A stretch of 64,000 bases of DNA from a virus, in the IMG/VR virus record IMGVR_UViG_3300035171_000016, positions 32,001 through 96,000 of that record, one strand, 5' to 3'. Of this stretch, positions 27,749 to 38,226 are shown one piece after another; the stretch's first letter is position 1; the number at the start of each line of letters is the position of its first letter. Below the pieces are notes generated by a model. That model saw only the letters and a list, made by a program, of their open reading frames with translations. It was not told the origin of the DNA and made no database searches. The position numbers were made by a program, and so were the translations under genes.

Positions 27749-28441
27749 TTATAATTTTTCAAAAATAGCCATAGAATTGCCACCATTTTCGTCTTTATTA
27801 AGCTTTCTTGTGCCTGAAACCTCTTTAATTAGCTTCCATCCGGCCCTTACCTCATTAATTAGTCCTAATTTATCTAGGGCCCCTCTAACATTAATATATT
27901 CTCCGCAATGACCCTGCCAATCGGTTCCGGTCTCTTCTACGCCAGAATCGTGAAACATCACTATTCCGCCAGATTTAACCTTCTTTTCAATGGCTTTAAA
28001 ATCGTTCATTACGCATTTTGAGCCATGACACGCATCAATTATAACTAAATCTAAGCTATCAGGAGAAATATTATCAACCCACGCTCTAGGGTCTTCTCTT
28101 AAAACTAGGACGGAATTATATTTTTCCGTGGCAAAGGATTCTAGGAATTTTTCATCATTTCCAGAATTATTTATAAGAAGTTCTTCTGGTTTAAATATTT
28201 GATTTATTTTGGCAAAATTAACATCAGCAGAGCCTATTAGGTCTAATCCGATTGTCAGCCAGCTATGTGTTTTAATGTTTTCTGAAATAATATCTCTAAT
28301 AGCTCTGTGTGTTACGGCGGTAGCTACGCCAATTTCTAAAAAGATATATTCTTCCTTATTTCTAACATGATTAGAAATAATATTTTCTAATTCCACCTCA
28401 AGTCCTTCGGTTCTAATTCCCCATGCTCTATTTTTATTCAT
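27749..28441 (-). CDS. Class I SAM-dependent methyltransferase (Methyltransf_24-like)
   Basis: FLEIGV, DLVIIDACH and GGIVMFHD motifs. Confidence 0.85.
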   Translation of the reverse strand: MNKNRAWGIRTEGLEVELENIISNHVRNKEEYIFLEIGVATAVTHRAIRDIISENIKTHSWLTIGLDLIGSADVNFAKINQIFKPEELLINNSGNDEKFLESFATEKYNSVLVLREDPRAWVDNISPDSLDLVIIDACHGSKCVMNDFKAIEKKVKSGGIVMFHDSGVEETGTDWQGHCGEYINVRGALDKLGLINEVRAGWKLIKEVSGTRKLNKDENGGNSMAIFEKL

Positions 28442-28958
28442 ATTTTTTTAGCATTTCTTCGGTCTTTATTCTGGTATTTGGAGATAATTGTATTCTTTTT
28501 TTATTTCTATAATACCATTCGCAAACCTCAATTTTTCCGGTTTTTGCTTTTCCTGCGCCTATCCAGTCAGCAACCATTTCTTTAATATATTTATCTGGAA
28601 TATCTAAACATTTTATTTTGCCGGAATCCTCTAACAATACCCAATATTGCCAATGATGTGGGTTCCTTTTTTGGTGAAAATTCCAAGCTAAATCAAATTT
28701 TCCAGACCAATATTCTTTAGTCCAGCTTTCGGGAAATTCAGTTCCATATATACGATTATATAGTTTAATTGTATCACTTTTTAATGATATTTGGCTTCCA
28801 TAAAAATAATTAGCATAAGGAATAAATTCAGACGGAAGAAATTTTGACCAATCATGTATAATTAAATTGCAAATTGGAGCCTTAATACTTAATCCAGCTA
28901 TAAATACAAACCATTTATGTTTTATAAGATAATTAAAATATTTAATATATTTATTCAT
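28434..28958 (-). CDS. HD-like (DUF5662-type) protein
   Basis: HDWSK, HQKRNPHHWQYW and EMVADW motifs. Confidence 0.75.
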   Translation of the reverse strand: MNKYIKYFNYLIKHKWFVFIAGLSIKAPICNLIIHDWSKFLPSEFIPYANYFYGSQISLKSDTIKLYNRIYGTEFPESWTKEYWSGKFDLAWNFHQKRNPHHWQYWVLLEDSGKIKCLDIPDKYIKEMVADWIGAGKAKTGKIEVCEWYYRNKKRIQLSPNTRIKTEEMLKKYE

Positions 28959-28961
28959 TAT

Positions 28962-29522
28962 TTATTGTATTTGGTTCAAAACTATTGTACCGCCATTAAT
29001 GTTTTTATGAAAAAGAGCCATTTCATGTTGATTATCAACCCACTTAAACAAAAGATGGTTTTTATATATTTCTTTTACTTTTTGGCCTTTAGTATGAAAA
29101 TCATCACAAAGAACTACCTGTTTAGTTAAATCTATTTTTCCTAATTCATCAACCATTTCATCTAAGGAGTCTCCGCCATCCAGATAAATCAAATCATAGT
29201 CTTTATTTATAAAATTAATACCTTCTCCAAGATTAAAATTAATATCTATATGTTTATCTTGCTTATAATTGTTTAAAATAGAAATATTATCTAAAGCCGC
29301 CTTAGAAATATCACAAATATCTAAGCTTCCATAGTTTTTATTAATATATCTAAGAAAATGGAAAGAACTCCACCCGTCAGAAGCTCTTGCTGGAAGACTT
29401 AAATCTCTAATAGTTCCTATTTCTAAAATTTTTATAGGCTTTTCGTTAAAAAGCGATAAAGTATAATCAAAAACTAAGTCTCTATTTCCGGCGCAACTTC
29501 CAAAGTATTGATAATAATCCAT
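28962..29522 (-). CDS. Class I SAM-dependent methyltransferase
   Basis: ILEIGTIR, DGWSS, DLIYLDG and CDD...KG motifs. Confidence 0.8.
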   Translation of the reverse strand: MDYYQYFGSCAGNRDLVFDYTLSLFNEKPIKILEIGTIRDLSLPARASDGWSSFHFLRYINKNYGSLDICDISKAALDNISILNNYKQDKHIDINFNLGEGINFINKDYDLIYLDGGDSLDEMVDELGKIDLTKQVVLCDDFHTKGQKVKEIYKNHLLFKWVDNQHEMALFHKNINGGTIVLNQIQ

Positions 29523-29525
29523 AAA

Positions 29526-30167
29526 TTAATTTACCTGAATAGGAACAAGTTCTAAATATCCGGTGTCCGTTTTGATTTTATTAATAGTATGAGTTTTATT
29601 CCATTTTTCTATAAAAGAAGTATTATAGTTGATAATATGGCCATAACCTTCTTTTTCTAGGTCGCCGCCATGAAAATCCATTTTTTCGTATATTCTCCAG
29701 TCGTCAATAATTATAACGTCTTGATAAAAATTAGGATTTCTATAAGCTCTAATAGTGTCTAATTCTTTTTCTAAAGGAAGTCTAATATCTAAATTTTTTT
29801 CATCATCAAAGCGAGCTTTTCCTAAATCGGCCATAGGAAAATGAGAATCTAGCCAGAATAAGATAGATTTTTCTTTACAAAATCTCTTATTTGCAAAAAT
29901 AGAATTCAAATAATCGTTACTGTTTCCGGCAAAAATACTTACTCTATAATCGTAAGAAAATTCATTTTTTAAATTCTCGGCCTGCTCTAAGTCTATTTCG
30001 CAAGAACAAATATCTAGTAATTCTTTAAATTTTTGAGCCGTTTTAATTCCGGTTCCATAGCCGGAACCAGTTTCTACTAATGTTTTTATATTATATTTTG
30101 AAATATAATCCTGAATAGGAAAATAAGATAAAAGACCCATATTTATTATAAAGTTGAGACAATCCAA
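29526..30167 (-). CDS. Methyltransferase-fold protein
   Basis: LVETGSGYGTG, FWLDSH and IIIDDWR motifs. Confidence 0.75.
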   Translation of the reverse strand: MDCLNFIINMGLLSYFPIQDYISKYNIKTLVETGSGYGTGIKTAQKFKELLDICSCEIDLEQAENLKNEFSYDYRVSIFAGNSNDYLNSIFANKRFCKEKSILFWLDSHFPMADLGKARFDDEKNLDIRLPLEKELDTIRAYRNPNFYQDVIIIDDWRIYEKMDFHGGDLEKEGYGHIINYNTSFIEKWNKTHTINKIKTDTGYLELVPIQVN

Positions 30168-30239
30168 GCAAGCCCAATAATAGAACCGCCAAATAAAGCA
30201 CCAATAATTAAACCAAAATTAAAATTCATATAACATATA

Positions 30240-31082
30240 TTAAACTAATTTCATAATTTTGTCAAGAATTAACTCATTTGGAATATCGTTTACATTATAG
30301 CTATCTAAATAAATAGCATTCTCATTTATTGGTTGAATAGAAGATATATGGTTAATTCCATTTTTTGTATAATAATTATTAGAATATAAACCAATTGTTT
30401 TGTGTTTATAAGCAGAAGAGTACCATGCCGCCCAAGTATCGGTAGTTACTAATAATTCAGAAGCTAAAATATTTTTAAGCGAATCAACATAAGATGTTTC
30501 GACTTTCCAAGTGTCGTTTAGTTTGGGTTCGTCCTTGCCGCCAATTTGTAAAACGGCAAAGCCTAATTTACTTATATCTGTAGCTAAAGATTGAGCCTTT
30601 TCGATAGTAAGTTTTTTATCATTATTTTTATTATACCATCCCGCGAATGGAGCAAAGGCTATATTCCTACGTTTAAATAAAAACGGAGATAAGTCAAACC
30701 ATTTTTCAAGATAGCAAGAATAATCATTATTTAATAATTTGGTATCCAATAATCCATTCATTAGACAGCATTCTTTTGCCTGATGATTAAACATCCACCA
30801 ATCATTACTAGTATGTTGTGGCATAGTAGGATATATAGTATATTTATCTTGGTTGGCTATAATCCAATCTATATCTTTTTTTGAAAAATCATCATATCCG
30901 TCCCAAATTTTAAATCCGTCTATATGAGGATGATTATAAAATAAAGGAATTAAGTCGGCATATTTTTTATTAACCGACATAATAAGGGTCTCGTCTGGAT
31001 GCTGTAGTTTAAATAATCTAGCGGCTACAGTATTTATACATAAATCTCCGACTTGACCCTGATTGAATTTAATGGTCTTCAT
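30240..31082 (-). CDS. Glycosyltransferase family 9 (heptosyltransferase-like)
   Basis: GQVGD, NHPHID, LQIGG and VTTDT motifs. Confidence 0.75.
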   Translation of the reverse strand: MKTIKFNQGQVGDLCINTVAARLFKLQHPDETLIMSVNKKYADLIPLFYNHPHIDGFKIWDGYDDFSKKDIDWIIANQDKYTIYPTMPQHTSNDWWMFNHQAKECCLMNGLLDTKLLNNDYSCYLEKWFDLSPFLFKRRNIAFAPFAGWYNKNNDKKLTIEKAQSLATDISKLGFAVLQIGGKDEPKLNDTWKVETSYVDSLKNILASELLVTTDTWAAWYSSAYKHKTIGLYSNNYYTKNGINHISSIQPINENAIYLDSYNVNDIPNELILDKIMKLV

Positions 31083-32206
31083 TATTTTGAAAAGCCTATA
31101 ACTCTTTCTTCTTTAGATTCTTCGATATGACCAATTTTGTCTTCAATATTATAAATTTCACTAACACTCATAGGTTTTTCAACATTATGTTTTTTACCTA
31201 GTTTTTCTACTAAAATCTTAGAATCTTCGATATTTAGCGGTTTAAATTCATGTTCGTAAGCAAGTCTACCATGTCTAGTAGCCGCCGAATCAATTTTATC
31301 AATTTTAGTATTAAAGGTCGCAATTACCTTACAATCTATAATATCCTGTAAAATACCATCTGATAGATTTAATAGCGTTGATACAGAGCTAGAATGATAA
31401 GAGTCGTTTTCTCTTGATACTAGAATTTTTTCGGCATCTTCTAAAATAATAACACTAGATTTTTGTCTCAAAAGAATAGGAATTAAATCGGGTGAGGACA
31501 ATGCCTCGGCAAAATGAGTAGGAATAAAAATAAATCTTTTCTTATTTCCAAAATATTTTGACAAATGTTTAATATAATAGCTTTTACCAGTACCAATAGA
31601 ACCATGTAAAAGAAATAGATTTCCTTTATCGTTCTCTAATTTAGTTTTAATAATCTTATCAGTTTCTAAAAATGCCTTTCCATAATTTAAACCTATATCC
31701 AAATTATCCCAAGGCCCCATCTTTAGGGGGAGCTGTTTAACCTTAATACCATAAGCATCTTTATATAAAAGGCCGAAATAGGTATTTTTATCGTAATTAT
31801 CAACTGTTAAATATTTTTTTAATAAATTTTCTTGTAAAATTGCTATTCTTTTACTATTGTGACAAAGAAGAGATAGAGTCGTTCCATCGTCTGTTGAATA
31901 TACTCTATATAATAGAGGCTCATCTTTAATAGATAAATCTTTATAATAATAAAGCTCACATTGATTACCAGAGCTTCTAAATAAAGTACCCATATCATCA
32001 ATCTCTAATGATTTTTGAGGGTCTTCATTAGCATAATATTTATATTCACAAACAAGTTCTGAATTTTTATTTAAATACTTAATAATATCAGGGTCAACCG
32101 AAGAAGACATTAAATGAGAGGGAAACTTATTAGTTCCAAAAAGAATCATAAACATCTTTTCGGGTCCCGTTTCAACATATGAGGCAAAATCTAGAATAGG
32201 ATTCAT
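31082..32206 (-). CDS. AAA+ ATPase
   Basis: GSIGTGKS, IILEDAE, LLNLSDG and DSAATRHGRL motifs. Confidence 0.9.
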   Translation of the reverse strand: MNPILDFASYVETGPEKMFMILFGTNKFPSHLMSSSVDPDIIKYLNKNSELVCEYKYYANEDPQKSLEIDDMGTLFRSSGNQCELYYYKDLSIKDEPLLYRVYSTDDGTTLSLLCHNSKRIAILQENLLKKYLTVDNYDKNTYFGLLYKDAYGIKVKQLPLKMGPWDNLDIGLNYGKAFLETDKIIKTKLENDKGNLFLLHGSIGTGKSYYIKHLSKYFGNKKRFIFIPTHFAEALSSPDLIPILLRQKSSVIILEDAEKILVSRENDSYHSSSVSTLLNLSDGILQDIIDCKVIATFNTKIDKIDSAATRHGRLAYEHEFKPLNIEDSKILVEKLGKKHNVEKPMSVSEIYNIEDKIGHIEESKEERVIGFSK

Positions 32207-32239
32207 TATATTAAATAATAAGGTAGTTTTTATAAAAAA

Positions 32240-32989
32240 TCAAGCAATATTATACTTTTTTATTGCTTCTGGACATCCTATATGCTCAATTATTTTATTA
32301 TCTATATAAGAAAAATAATCACCATAAAAACCTAAATCTTTATTATTTGAAGCTAAATAGTTTGCTCCTAATCCAAAATCTCTCTCACAATGCCCATTAA
32401 ATCTATTTTTTAAAACAAATTTGCTTATAAAATACATATCTCTATTTCTAATAAATGTTGGGTTAAAAGAAAACTCCTTAGATTGAATAAATAATCCATT
32501 TCCTATTTCTATTGCCTGTGTTCTGTCTTTAATATCTAAATCATCTACTCTGGTATATCTAAAAGTCAATAGGTTTGGATTTTTTTCTAATAAAAACTGA
32601 GCCAATTTTACTTTCTCATCATAGTTATCAATATTAACAACCCAATCATCTTCATGCCAGTATCCATATTTAATATTTTGCAATTCTGGCTGTGAATATA
32701 ATGTATTTATATCTTTTAAATATTCTAAATGAGATGAGCCATTATTATGACTCCAATCGCCAATAGTTTTAACTACTTTATTAAAGTTAAAATTTTTATA
32801 TAAATCTTCTTCAATTTTATTACCTATTTCTATTTCATCTGGAGAAACTTTTATGTGGGCAATTTTATAAGCATTATTTTTAATTATTGATGATTTCTTA
32901 TATAAACTAGTCAAAGTATAACTATAAATAGCCCTACATCCAAAATGCCCTTTTGTAGATGTAAAGAAGTTAAGTGACAAGTCTTGCAT
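32240..32989 (-). CDS. Putative GT-A glycosyltransferase
   Basis: WHEDDW, FSFNP and EHIG motifs. Confidence 0.55.
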   Translation of the reverse strand: MQDLSLNFFTSTKGHFGCRAIYSYTLTSLYKKSSIIKNNAYKIAHIKVSPDEIEIGNKIEEDLYKNFNFNKVVKTIGDWSHNNGSSHLEYLKDINTLYSQPELQNIKYGYWHEDDWVVNIDNYDEKVKLAQFLLEKNPNLLTFRYTRVDDLDIKDRTQAIEIGNGLFIQSKEFSFNPTFIRNRDMYFISKFVLKNRFNGHCERDFGLGANYLASNNKDLGFYGDYFSYIDNKIIEHIGCPEAIKKYNIA

Positions 32990-33011
32990 AATTAATAATA
33001 TAAGGTAAAAA

Positions 33012-33809
33012 TTATTCGTACCAAAGTTTTAAACCATGAGAAAAATATTCAATTTTATCTAATTTTTCTTTAGATTCGATGATATTATCAACTTTATGAC
33101 CGGCACGATTTTCCCACACAGGCCTCCAGAATGCGTTAGCTTTTAATCTTTTATCCTTGTCGAGCCAGCCAAGATGCCAAACTTTAGGAATACATTTTTC
33201 TTTTATATATGATGGAGTTAAGTTATTGGTTATATAACAGGCGTCGCATAATTTATCATCAAATGATAATAATTCACAAGTATCGCTTTTGTTAATATCA
33301 ACTTTTCCGTCTTCTTTTTTTGCAAAAGAAACAGTACCACGGTGCAAGTGAGGAAGATTTTTATGTAAATACCACTTTACTCCTACGGTCTTATATTCTT
33401 TTTCGGAATTATATAAATCAAATACAGGAATCATTAAGGCATCGCAGCTAGGAGTATAGGAAAGATAATTAGCCCAATTTATCCAGTTAGTTTTATCTTT
33501 AACATCTATTCTTTCGTCTCCGTCTAAAAGAATACAAAATGGTTTTTCGCATAAATTTAATGCTTTGTTTTTCATTTTGCCATCAAAATCAGGCTCTTTT
33601 AAAATATCATCGCTCCAATGATATACTTTAATAATACATTTATTACCTTTATTTAATTCGTTATGAAAAAAATTATTTAATATATTTCTATCTTTTTCTA
33701 ATGTTGAAATACAAACCTCGTCAGAAAAATCTGTAAAATTATTAATTGCTCCCTTCCAATCAATAAAATCGTTATCCAAATTATATAATGAAGTATATAT
33801 TGAAAACAT
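33012..33809 (-). CDS. GT2-like glycosyltransferase
   Basis: KNKAL...LLDGDE...WHLGW. Confidence 0.7.
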   Translation of the reverse strand: MFSIYTSLYNLDNDFIDWKGAINNFTDFSDEVCISTLEKDRNILNNFFHNELNKGNKCIIKVYHWSDDILKEPDFDGKMKNKALNLCEKPFCILLDGDERIDVKDKTNWINWANYLSYTPSCDALMIPVFDLYNSEKEYKTVGVKWYLHKNLPHLHRGTVSFAKKEDGKVDINKSDTCELLSFDDKLCDACYITNNLTPSYIKEKCIPKVWHLGWLDKDKRLKANAFWRPVWENRAGHKVDNIIESKEKLDKIEYFSHGLKLWYE

Positions 33810-33810
33810 A

Positions 33811-35298
33811 TTAAATGGTATGCTCTATTTTGTTATTATCTTTTTGTAAAGGCTTATTTAAAGCTTGGTCTCTTATGATATTTTCTAAAGTTCCCAATTC
33901 TTTAACTTGGTAGTTTTCTATAGTATAATTAATAAAATTCTGTTTCCATTTAGGCTTTCCTGTATGGTCTATGGTCTTAACAGAGCTATTCATATTATAG
34001 TTGTCTTTGCCTTGAACGCGGCTAGTCTTAAAAGGTTTTAATAAATGAGTTCCATAACCATTCCCAAATTCATTAATTTCATCGTGGGTTTTCTTTCTAA
34101 AAACCGCATTGAAACCTACAAGATGGTTAATTCTATCGGAAACAGCCGCCGTAGTACTATCATCATTTCTAGCCCCTTGGTTTTCCGCCGCTCTATTTTG
34201 TTGGCCAGCCGTTAGAATAGAGCTATCGGTTTCATGGCCAAGCTCATTTAAGTAATTTAACATATCTCCAAGAGCTTGATATTCGGCACGATTTTTATCT
34301 GGAACGTCCGTAATTTTTAAATAATCATAAACAAATAAACATTTATTTCCCCTACCAACATTCTTATAATACCATCTTTTCATTAAGCTAACTGTCTCTT
34401 TAATTGGCTTATTTGGTAAATAAATATGATGAATAGAGCCTTTATACTGATTTAGCTTCTCGAATCCCCTTAGAACTTTTTCAGATAGCTCTTTATTTTT
34501 AGTCCATGCGCCGGTTTCTAAATACCAAGCATTTAAATCCATTTCTGAGGCACCCGCGCGAAACATATTTAAGTCTAAATCCATTTCAGTATCTATGTAT
34601 AGGGTCTTAATATTATTAAGCTTGCATAAATTTTTAGCCATGTTAAATAAGAAACAGCTTTTGCCTTCGCCAGACCTACTAATAATATTCGTTGTTTGTT
34701 TTTGTCTAATACCACCAAATAAGCGATTCCATTCTGGATATGCAGTTTTAAAACCCACTTCTTCTTTAGGATTTTTCGCTATCTCTTTTAGAAAATGTTC
34801 TATATTAGAATATAAATCAATCGGCTCTACTTGTGATGAATATTGAGATACTTGGGTATTATAAATTCCATCTACTCCGTGAATTAATTCATCTATAGAC
34901 TTATCCCCACACTCTTTAATAAAGTTTTGAACTAAGCCTGCATTATCCCAAAGCTCTCTTTTAATTCTTAATTTTACTAATTCTTTTCCAAGTTCAATAG
35001 TGCCGCGCTCATTTAGACTTACAAATGAAATAGAGTCTAAGTAATCAAATAAATTTAAATCTTCAAAGGTATTTAAAGATAATTCTTTACATTTTTGAGC
35101 AACAATTACCTTATCGGCTGGCATTCCAGCCATAACTAAGTTTCTTAATACGGCATAAACTATTCTATGAGTTTTATGAAAAAACTCGGCCTCTTTTACA
35201 AATGGTTCAATTTCAATTAAATACTTAGGATTTTTTAAAAGGCTTCCTAGAAAATTAGCTTCTGCTCTAATAGAATAGAGATTATCGGGGTAGTTCAT
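33811..35298 (-). CDS. dnaB: Replicative DnaB-like helicase
   Basis: N-terminal AEANFLGSLL, Walker A SRSGEGKS, DTEM, YDYLK, QQNR. Confidence 0.9.
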   Translation of the reverse strand: MNYPDNLYSIRAEANFLGSLLKNPKYLIEIEPFVKEAEFFHKTHRIVYAVLRNLVMAGMPADKVIVAQKCKELSLNTFEDLNLFDYLDSISFVSLNERGTIELGKELVKLRIKRELWDNAGLVQNFIKECGDKSIDELIHGVDGIYNTQVSQYSSQVEPIDLYSNIEHFLKEIAKNPKEEVGFKTAYPEWNRLFGGIRQKQTTNIISRSGEGKSCFLFNMAKNLCKLNNIKTLYIDTEMDLDLNMFRAGASEMDLNAWYLETGAWTKNKELSEKVLRGFEKLNQYKGSIHHIYLPNKPIKETVSLMKRWYYKNVGRGNKCLFVYDYLKITDVPDKNRAEYQALGDMLNYLNELGHETDSSILTAGQQNRAAENQGARNDDSTTAAVSDRINHLVGFNAVFRKKTHDEINEFGNGYGTHLLKPFKTSRVQGKDNYNMNSSVKTIDHTGKPKWKQNFINYTIENYQVKELGTLENIIRDQALNKPLQKDNNKIEHTI

Positions 35299-35330
35299 TG
35301 TTTTTATTATACTGTCTTAAACTTAAAAAC

Positions 35331-35561
35331 TCAACATAAAAATTTAAGTTCTTCTTTATATCTTTTTTCAAATTTAGACCAAAATTCTCTTGGGCATTCA
35401 TTATATTTTGCATCAGAAAGAATTTTAGATTCTGGAAATCTTTTTTTTAATTCTTTTTCTAGCAAATCATAATTATAATCTGATATTATAGGATTACTTT
35501 TTTCGTAATAAAGGTATTTATGGTATAAAATATCGTCTTCTAGTTGTTCCTGAGTTAGCAT
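35331..35561 (-). CDS. Stand-alone NAD-dependent ligase domain Ia-like protein
   Basis: ILYHKYLYY...PIISDYNYDLL...EL resembles LigA HxxxYY...PxISDxEYD. Confidence 0.7.
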   Translation of the reverse strand: MLTQEQLEDDILYHKYLYYEKSNPIISDYNYDLLEKELKKRFPESKILSDAKYNECPREFWSKFEKRYKEELKFLC

Positions 35562-35566
35562 AATAT

Positions 35567-35953
35567 TTATTTTAATAAATCTGGATTTTGAAAGATATTA
35601 CCAATTATTTCTCTATAGTCATCTTCAATAAACTCTGATACCGGATAATACGAACCAGTTTCGTATGAAACGGTACTTATAGTATCTCTTTCTCCCCAAT
35701 TACCATCAAAAAAATTAGTATCTGTCCATTTTATAATATCTCCCTCATAAATATCTTTTTGATTAATATCTTTTAAACCTGTAAATTGTTGGATAACATA
35801 TAAATCTGGATTAACAGATTTTAGAGATACAGAATTAGTAGTTAATAATTCAACAAAAATTAATTTTCCATCTAAATCTAAACAATACTCTTCTTTTCCA
35901 AGAAACCTATTAAATTCTTTGTGCCAAACGCGAAATTTTAATTCTCTATTCAT
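35567..35953 (-). CDS. YopX family protein
   Basis: RELKFRVW, QFTGLKD...IYEGDI and IIGNIFQNPDLL motifs. Confidence 0.9.
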   Translation of the reverse strand: MNRELKFRVWHKEFNRFLGKEEYCLDLDGKLIFVELLTTNSVSLKSVNPDLYVIQQFTGLKDINQKDIYEGDIIKWTDTNFFDGNWGERDTISTVSYETGSYYPVSEFIEDDYREIIGNIFQNPDLLK

Positions 35954-36948
35954 ACTCTTATATATTCTACGTTTTTAAATGCCGATAAATCTTTTCCGCC
36001 AGCATAAGATATTGCGCTAGACAAGGCCTGTTTTATTTCCTCTAGCTTTTCTTTATAAGAAACGTCAACATTAACCTCAAGCGTTCTTCCTTCAATATGT
36101 TTACTATTTCCTTTTGCCTCGTAAGAAGTTGAGCCAAAATAAATTTTCTTGCCATCTACTTTATTTATGTCCGCAGGCGAATCAGAGCATCTAGCAAATA
36201 AACCGCCAGACATGACCATAGACGCACCCACTGATAATGCTTTTGATATGTCTCCAATAGTTTGAATTCCACCATCTGCTATAATTGGGACTGTTTTAAA
36301 CTCTTTATATGTTGGATTACCAAGTTTATTTTCTTGCCAGTAAAAATTTTGACAACAATCTTGTACGCAACTAAACATGGGAACGGAAAATCCTGTTTGT
36401 AGTCTTGTGGTACAAATAGAGCCTTGGCCAATACCAACTTTAACCGCTTCCGCACCCCATTCTGATAAATTACAAACGCCCTCTGTTGTCGCGGCATTTC
36501 CTACTATTAGTCTAGTTTTTGGAAAGTTTTTTCTAATAAAATCTATTTGGCTCTTAACTTTAAGATGATGAGCGTGAGCAACATCAATAGTAATAAAATC
36601 TATTTTTTCTTTTTTTAAAGATAAAAGTTCTTTCCTTGAGTCTTCGTTTATTCCCGTAGAGATACTAACAATATTAAAATCATGCTTATTTGCATATTTA
36701 ACAAATTCATAAGTATCTAAATGGCCGTTTTTAGTATTTCCAAACCTATGATAAATATAAAAATATCCATTATTAGAAAGATATTCGGCTATATTTACAT
36801 CAATAACAGATAACATATTCGCCGGAACAATAGGTAATTTAAATTTAAATCCTAAAAATTCAATAGAAGTATTAGCTTTTGAGCGGCTTGGTAGCTCTGA
36901 GTATTTTGGAACTAGCAGAACATCTTGATAAGATAAGTATTTTTCCAT
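35950..36948 (-). CDS. guaC: GMP reductase (IMPDH/GMPR family)
   Basis: YQDVLLVP, PANM, IDVAHAH, KVGIGQGSICTTR, ADGGI and SAISYAG motifs; start set at MEKY. Confidence 0.88.
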   Translation of the reverse strand: MEKYLSYQDVLLVPKYSELPSRSKANTSIEFLGFKFKLPIVPANMLSVIDVNIAEYLSNNGYFYIYHRFGNTKNGHLDTYEFVKYANKHDFNIVSISTGINEDSRKELLSLKKEKIDFITIDVAHAHHLKVKSQIDFIRKNFPKTRLIVGNAATTEGVCNLSEWGAEAVKVGIGQGSICTTRLQTGFSVPMFSCVQDCCQNFYWQENKLGNPTYKEFKTVPIIADGGIQTIGDISKALSVGASMVMSGGLFARCSDSPADINKVDGKKIYFGSTSYEAKGNSKHIEGRTLEVNVDVSYKEKLEEIKQALSSAISYAGGKDLSAFKNVEYIRV

Positions 36949-36949
36949 A

Positions 36950-37492
36950 TTATAAAATAGATTTTTTTTGAATATCTGCACTTAAAAATTTATAACCTTT
37001 AATTTTCTCGTATTTTCCGCGAGATAAAGACCATAAAGAATGATAGGAAATGTCTTTTAAAGACTTTCTGATAGTCTTTAGTTTTACTATTTTATTTTTA
37101 GGAGATAAAAATTTATAATTATTAATTATATATGAATTTATATTAATATGATTAATATTAGTATTTTTTAACATTAATCCATTGCTAACCATTTTTTTAT
37201 TATTTATTAATTTCCATATAAACTGAAAAGTTAATCCATTTTTAAAAATAAAATTTCTTATAGAATCTTTATATATATTTCCATATATATCTTTTAGGCA
37301 AATTTTTTTATAAAAGACGGACGGAAGAACCCAATGTTTATGAGACGGCCTATCTCCATTCAATATTGGAGTAATATGAAATTTGTCGTTTTTTAAAAGT
37401 TTGGCCTTTTTACAAAAATCAGATATAGAATCTGCCGATATTATTTGTTCGGTTTGTTTATTAACTAGCAAGCATTTTCTTTTTAAGAACAT
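36950..37492 (-). CDS. Protein with repeated homing-endonuclease-type DNA-binding modules
   Basis: Repeats like SISDFCKK...HKHW resemble those in the GIY-YIG at 42109. Confidence 0.5.
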   Translation of the reverse strand: MFLKRKCLLVNKQTEQIISADSISDFCKKAKLLKNDKFHITPILNGDRPSHKHWVLPSVFYKKICLKDIYGNIYKDSIRNFIFKNGLTFQFIWKLINNKKMVSNGLMLKNTNINHININSYIINNYKFLSPKNKIVKLKTIRKSLKDISYHSLWSLSRGKYEKIKGYKFLSADIQKKSIL

Positions 37493-37799
37493 ATTAAATG
37501 TTAATATTGTTTTATGTATTTGTCAAATTTTTTATAAAAGAAAGCCTATTAAATGAATTATTATATCTAATATACAAATAATTAATAACAGTCCATATAC
37601 TATCCTATTTTTCGCCATTTTTCTATAGTATTAAAATCTTTATAATTAAATTTCTCTTCAAAAAGCCATCCTTTATAATCAACTCCGCTTGAACGATAGC
37701 TGGCGCGGCCAATTTTTCCTACAGAATCAATAACTTCTACAATACTACTATCTTTAGGATATGAATCCTTTATTTTTATCCATTTATTTGTATTCATTA

Positions 37800-38225
37800 T
37801 TATAAAATACTAATATCAAATTTTTCTTGTATATATTTTATTGAAAAGTTATCTAAGTCACTAGAATCTAATCTAACTAATTTTATATTATTAGCTCTTA
37901 ACCAATCATCTTTTTTAAGGTCTCTACCAATACTTGCTAGAAATTTTGCCCTACTATTATTATGAAAATGTTTATTAAATTCATTATGCTGCGGGCCATC
38001 TATTTCTACGCATAACCTATTAGTAGCATTTAAAAAATCCAATCTTAATCTTGTGCCCGGAATTAGTGGCTGGAATAATACAATCTTGTTTTTCCAATAA
38101 GGATAAATAAGGTCTCTAAACTGTCTTTCTATTTTACTGGCACCGTCTTTTTCCCAATCTATCTTATATTTATTTACATTAATAGATACTAGCTTAGTTA
38201 AGCTTCCAAATTTAAAGACCTTCAT
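37800..38225 (-). CDS. DUF559/Vsr-like endonuclease
   Basis: LDF...VEIDGPQH...RDLKKDDW. Confidence 0.8.
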   Translation of the reverse strand: MKVFKFGSLTKLVSINVNKYKIDWEKDGASKIERQFRDLIYPYWKNKIVLFQPLIPGTRLRLDFLNATNRLCVEIDGPQHNEFNKHFHNNSRAKFLASIGRDLKKDDWLRANNIKLVRLDSSDLDNFSIKYIQEKFDISIL

Positions 38226-38226
38226 T

